From Malacoraja senta (Eukaryota), in assembly GCA_038087875.1 (NCBI GenBank), contig JAXLNO010000884.1, positions 186,001-250,000 of the forward strand: a DNA stretch of 64,000 nucleotides. The letters run 5' to 3'. Made by a program: the position numbers and the translations under genes. The notes under the pieces were generated by a model. That model ran no database searches. It worked only from the letters and a program-made list of their open reading frames with translations, and was not told the origin of the DNA. Positions 63,650 through 64,000 of the stretch are shown here, piece by piece; the first letter of the stretch is position 1, and each line of letters starts with the position of its first letter.

Positions 63650-64000
63650 TTCATTCCTTAGAGTGCAAAAGGATGGGGTGATCTGAAAGAGGTTTACAAA
63701 ATTATGTGAGCAATCAATCAGGTAAATGCGCATGAGTTTGTTGCCCACAATAGGGGACTCGAGAACCAGAGGATATAGATTTACTGTGAGAGGGGGGTGA
63801 GTGTGGAGATTTAATAGGAACCTGGGGATAACATGTTTACACAAAGAGTGGTGGGTATATGGAACGGGCTGCCAGAGGAGGAGGTTGAGACAGCTACTAT
63901 CAAAACAATAAACAGACAATTGGACAGGTACATGCATAGGATAGGTTTAGATGGTTATGAGCCAAGCGTGGGGAGTTGGGACTAATGTAGATGGGCCATG
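63650..64000 (+). mobile_element. CR1/HER1-like LINE 3' fragment
   Basis: ggggtgatctgaaagaggtttacaaaattatg..ttcacacaaagagtggtgggtatatggaacgggctgccagaggag. Confidence 0.7.

Overview
This is vertebrate nuclear DNA, most likely a skate/ray or other cartilaginous fish, inferred from HE1-type V-SINEs, HER1/CR1 3' tails and a shark-like MHC class I exon. It is repeat-dominated and I found no intact protein-coding gene. Layout: (1) 1-15.2 kb, a CpG-rich 25-bp satellite with higher-order blocks and an apparently exact 1,938-bp tandem duplication; (2) 15.2-20.2 kb, a complete but ORF-disrupted DIRS1-type tyrosine-recombinase retrotransposon inserted in the last satellite monomer; (3) 20.2-21.4 kb, a minisatellite mosaic containing TTAGGG; (4) 23.3-28.4 kb, a candidate decayed multi-exon gene with a possible BEN-like domain; (5) 26.7-36.4 kb, a pyrimidine/purine-strand array with nine conserved ~45-bp cores that flips strand at a hairpin at 32,858-32,878; (6) 42.7-57.1 kb, a decayed MHC class I-like gene (alpha2 remnant, frameshifted alpha3, TM exon, candidate YQNI tail exon); (7) many L1, CR1, Rex1/Babar, Penelope and SINE copies, several nested. 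Most long ORFs in the supplied track are low-complexity artefacts. Family assignments come from motif recognition by eye, not from database searches.
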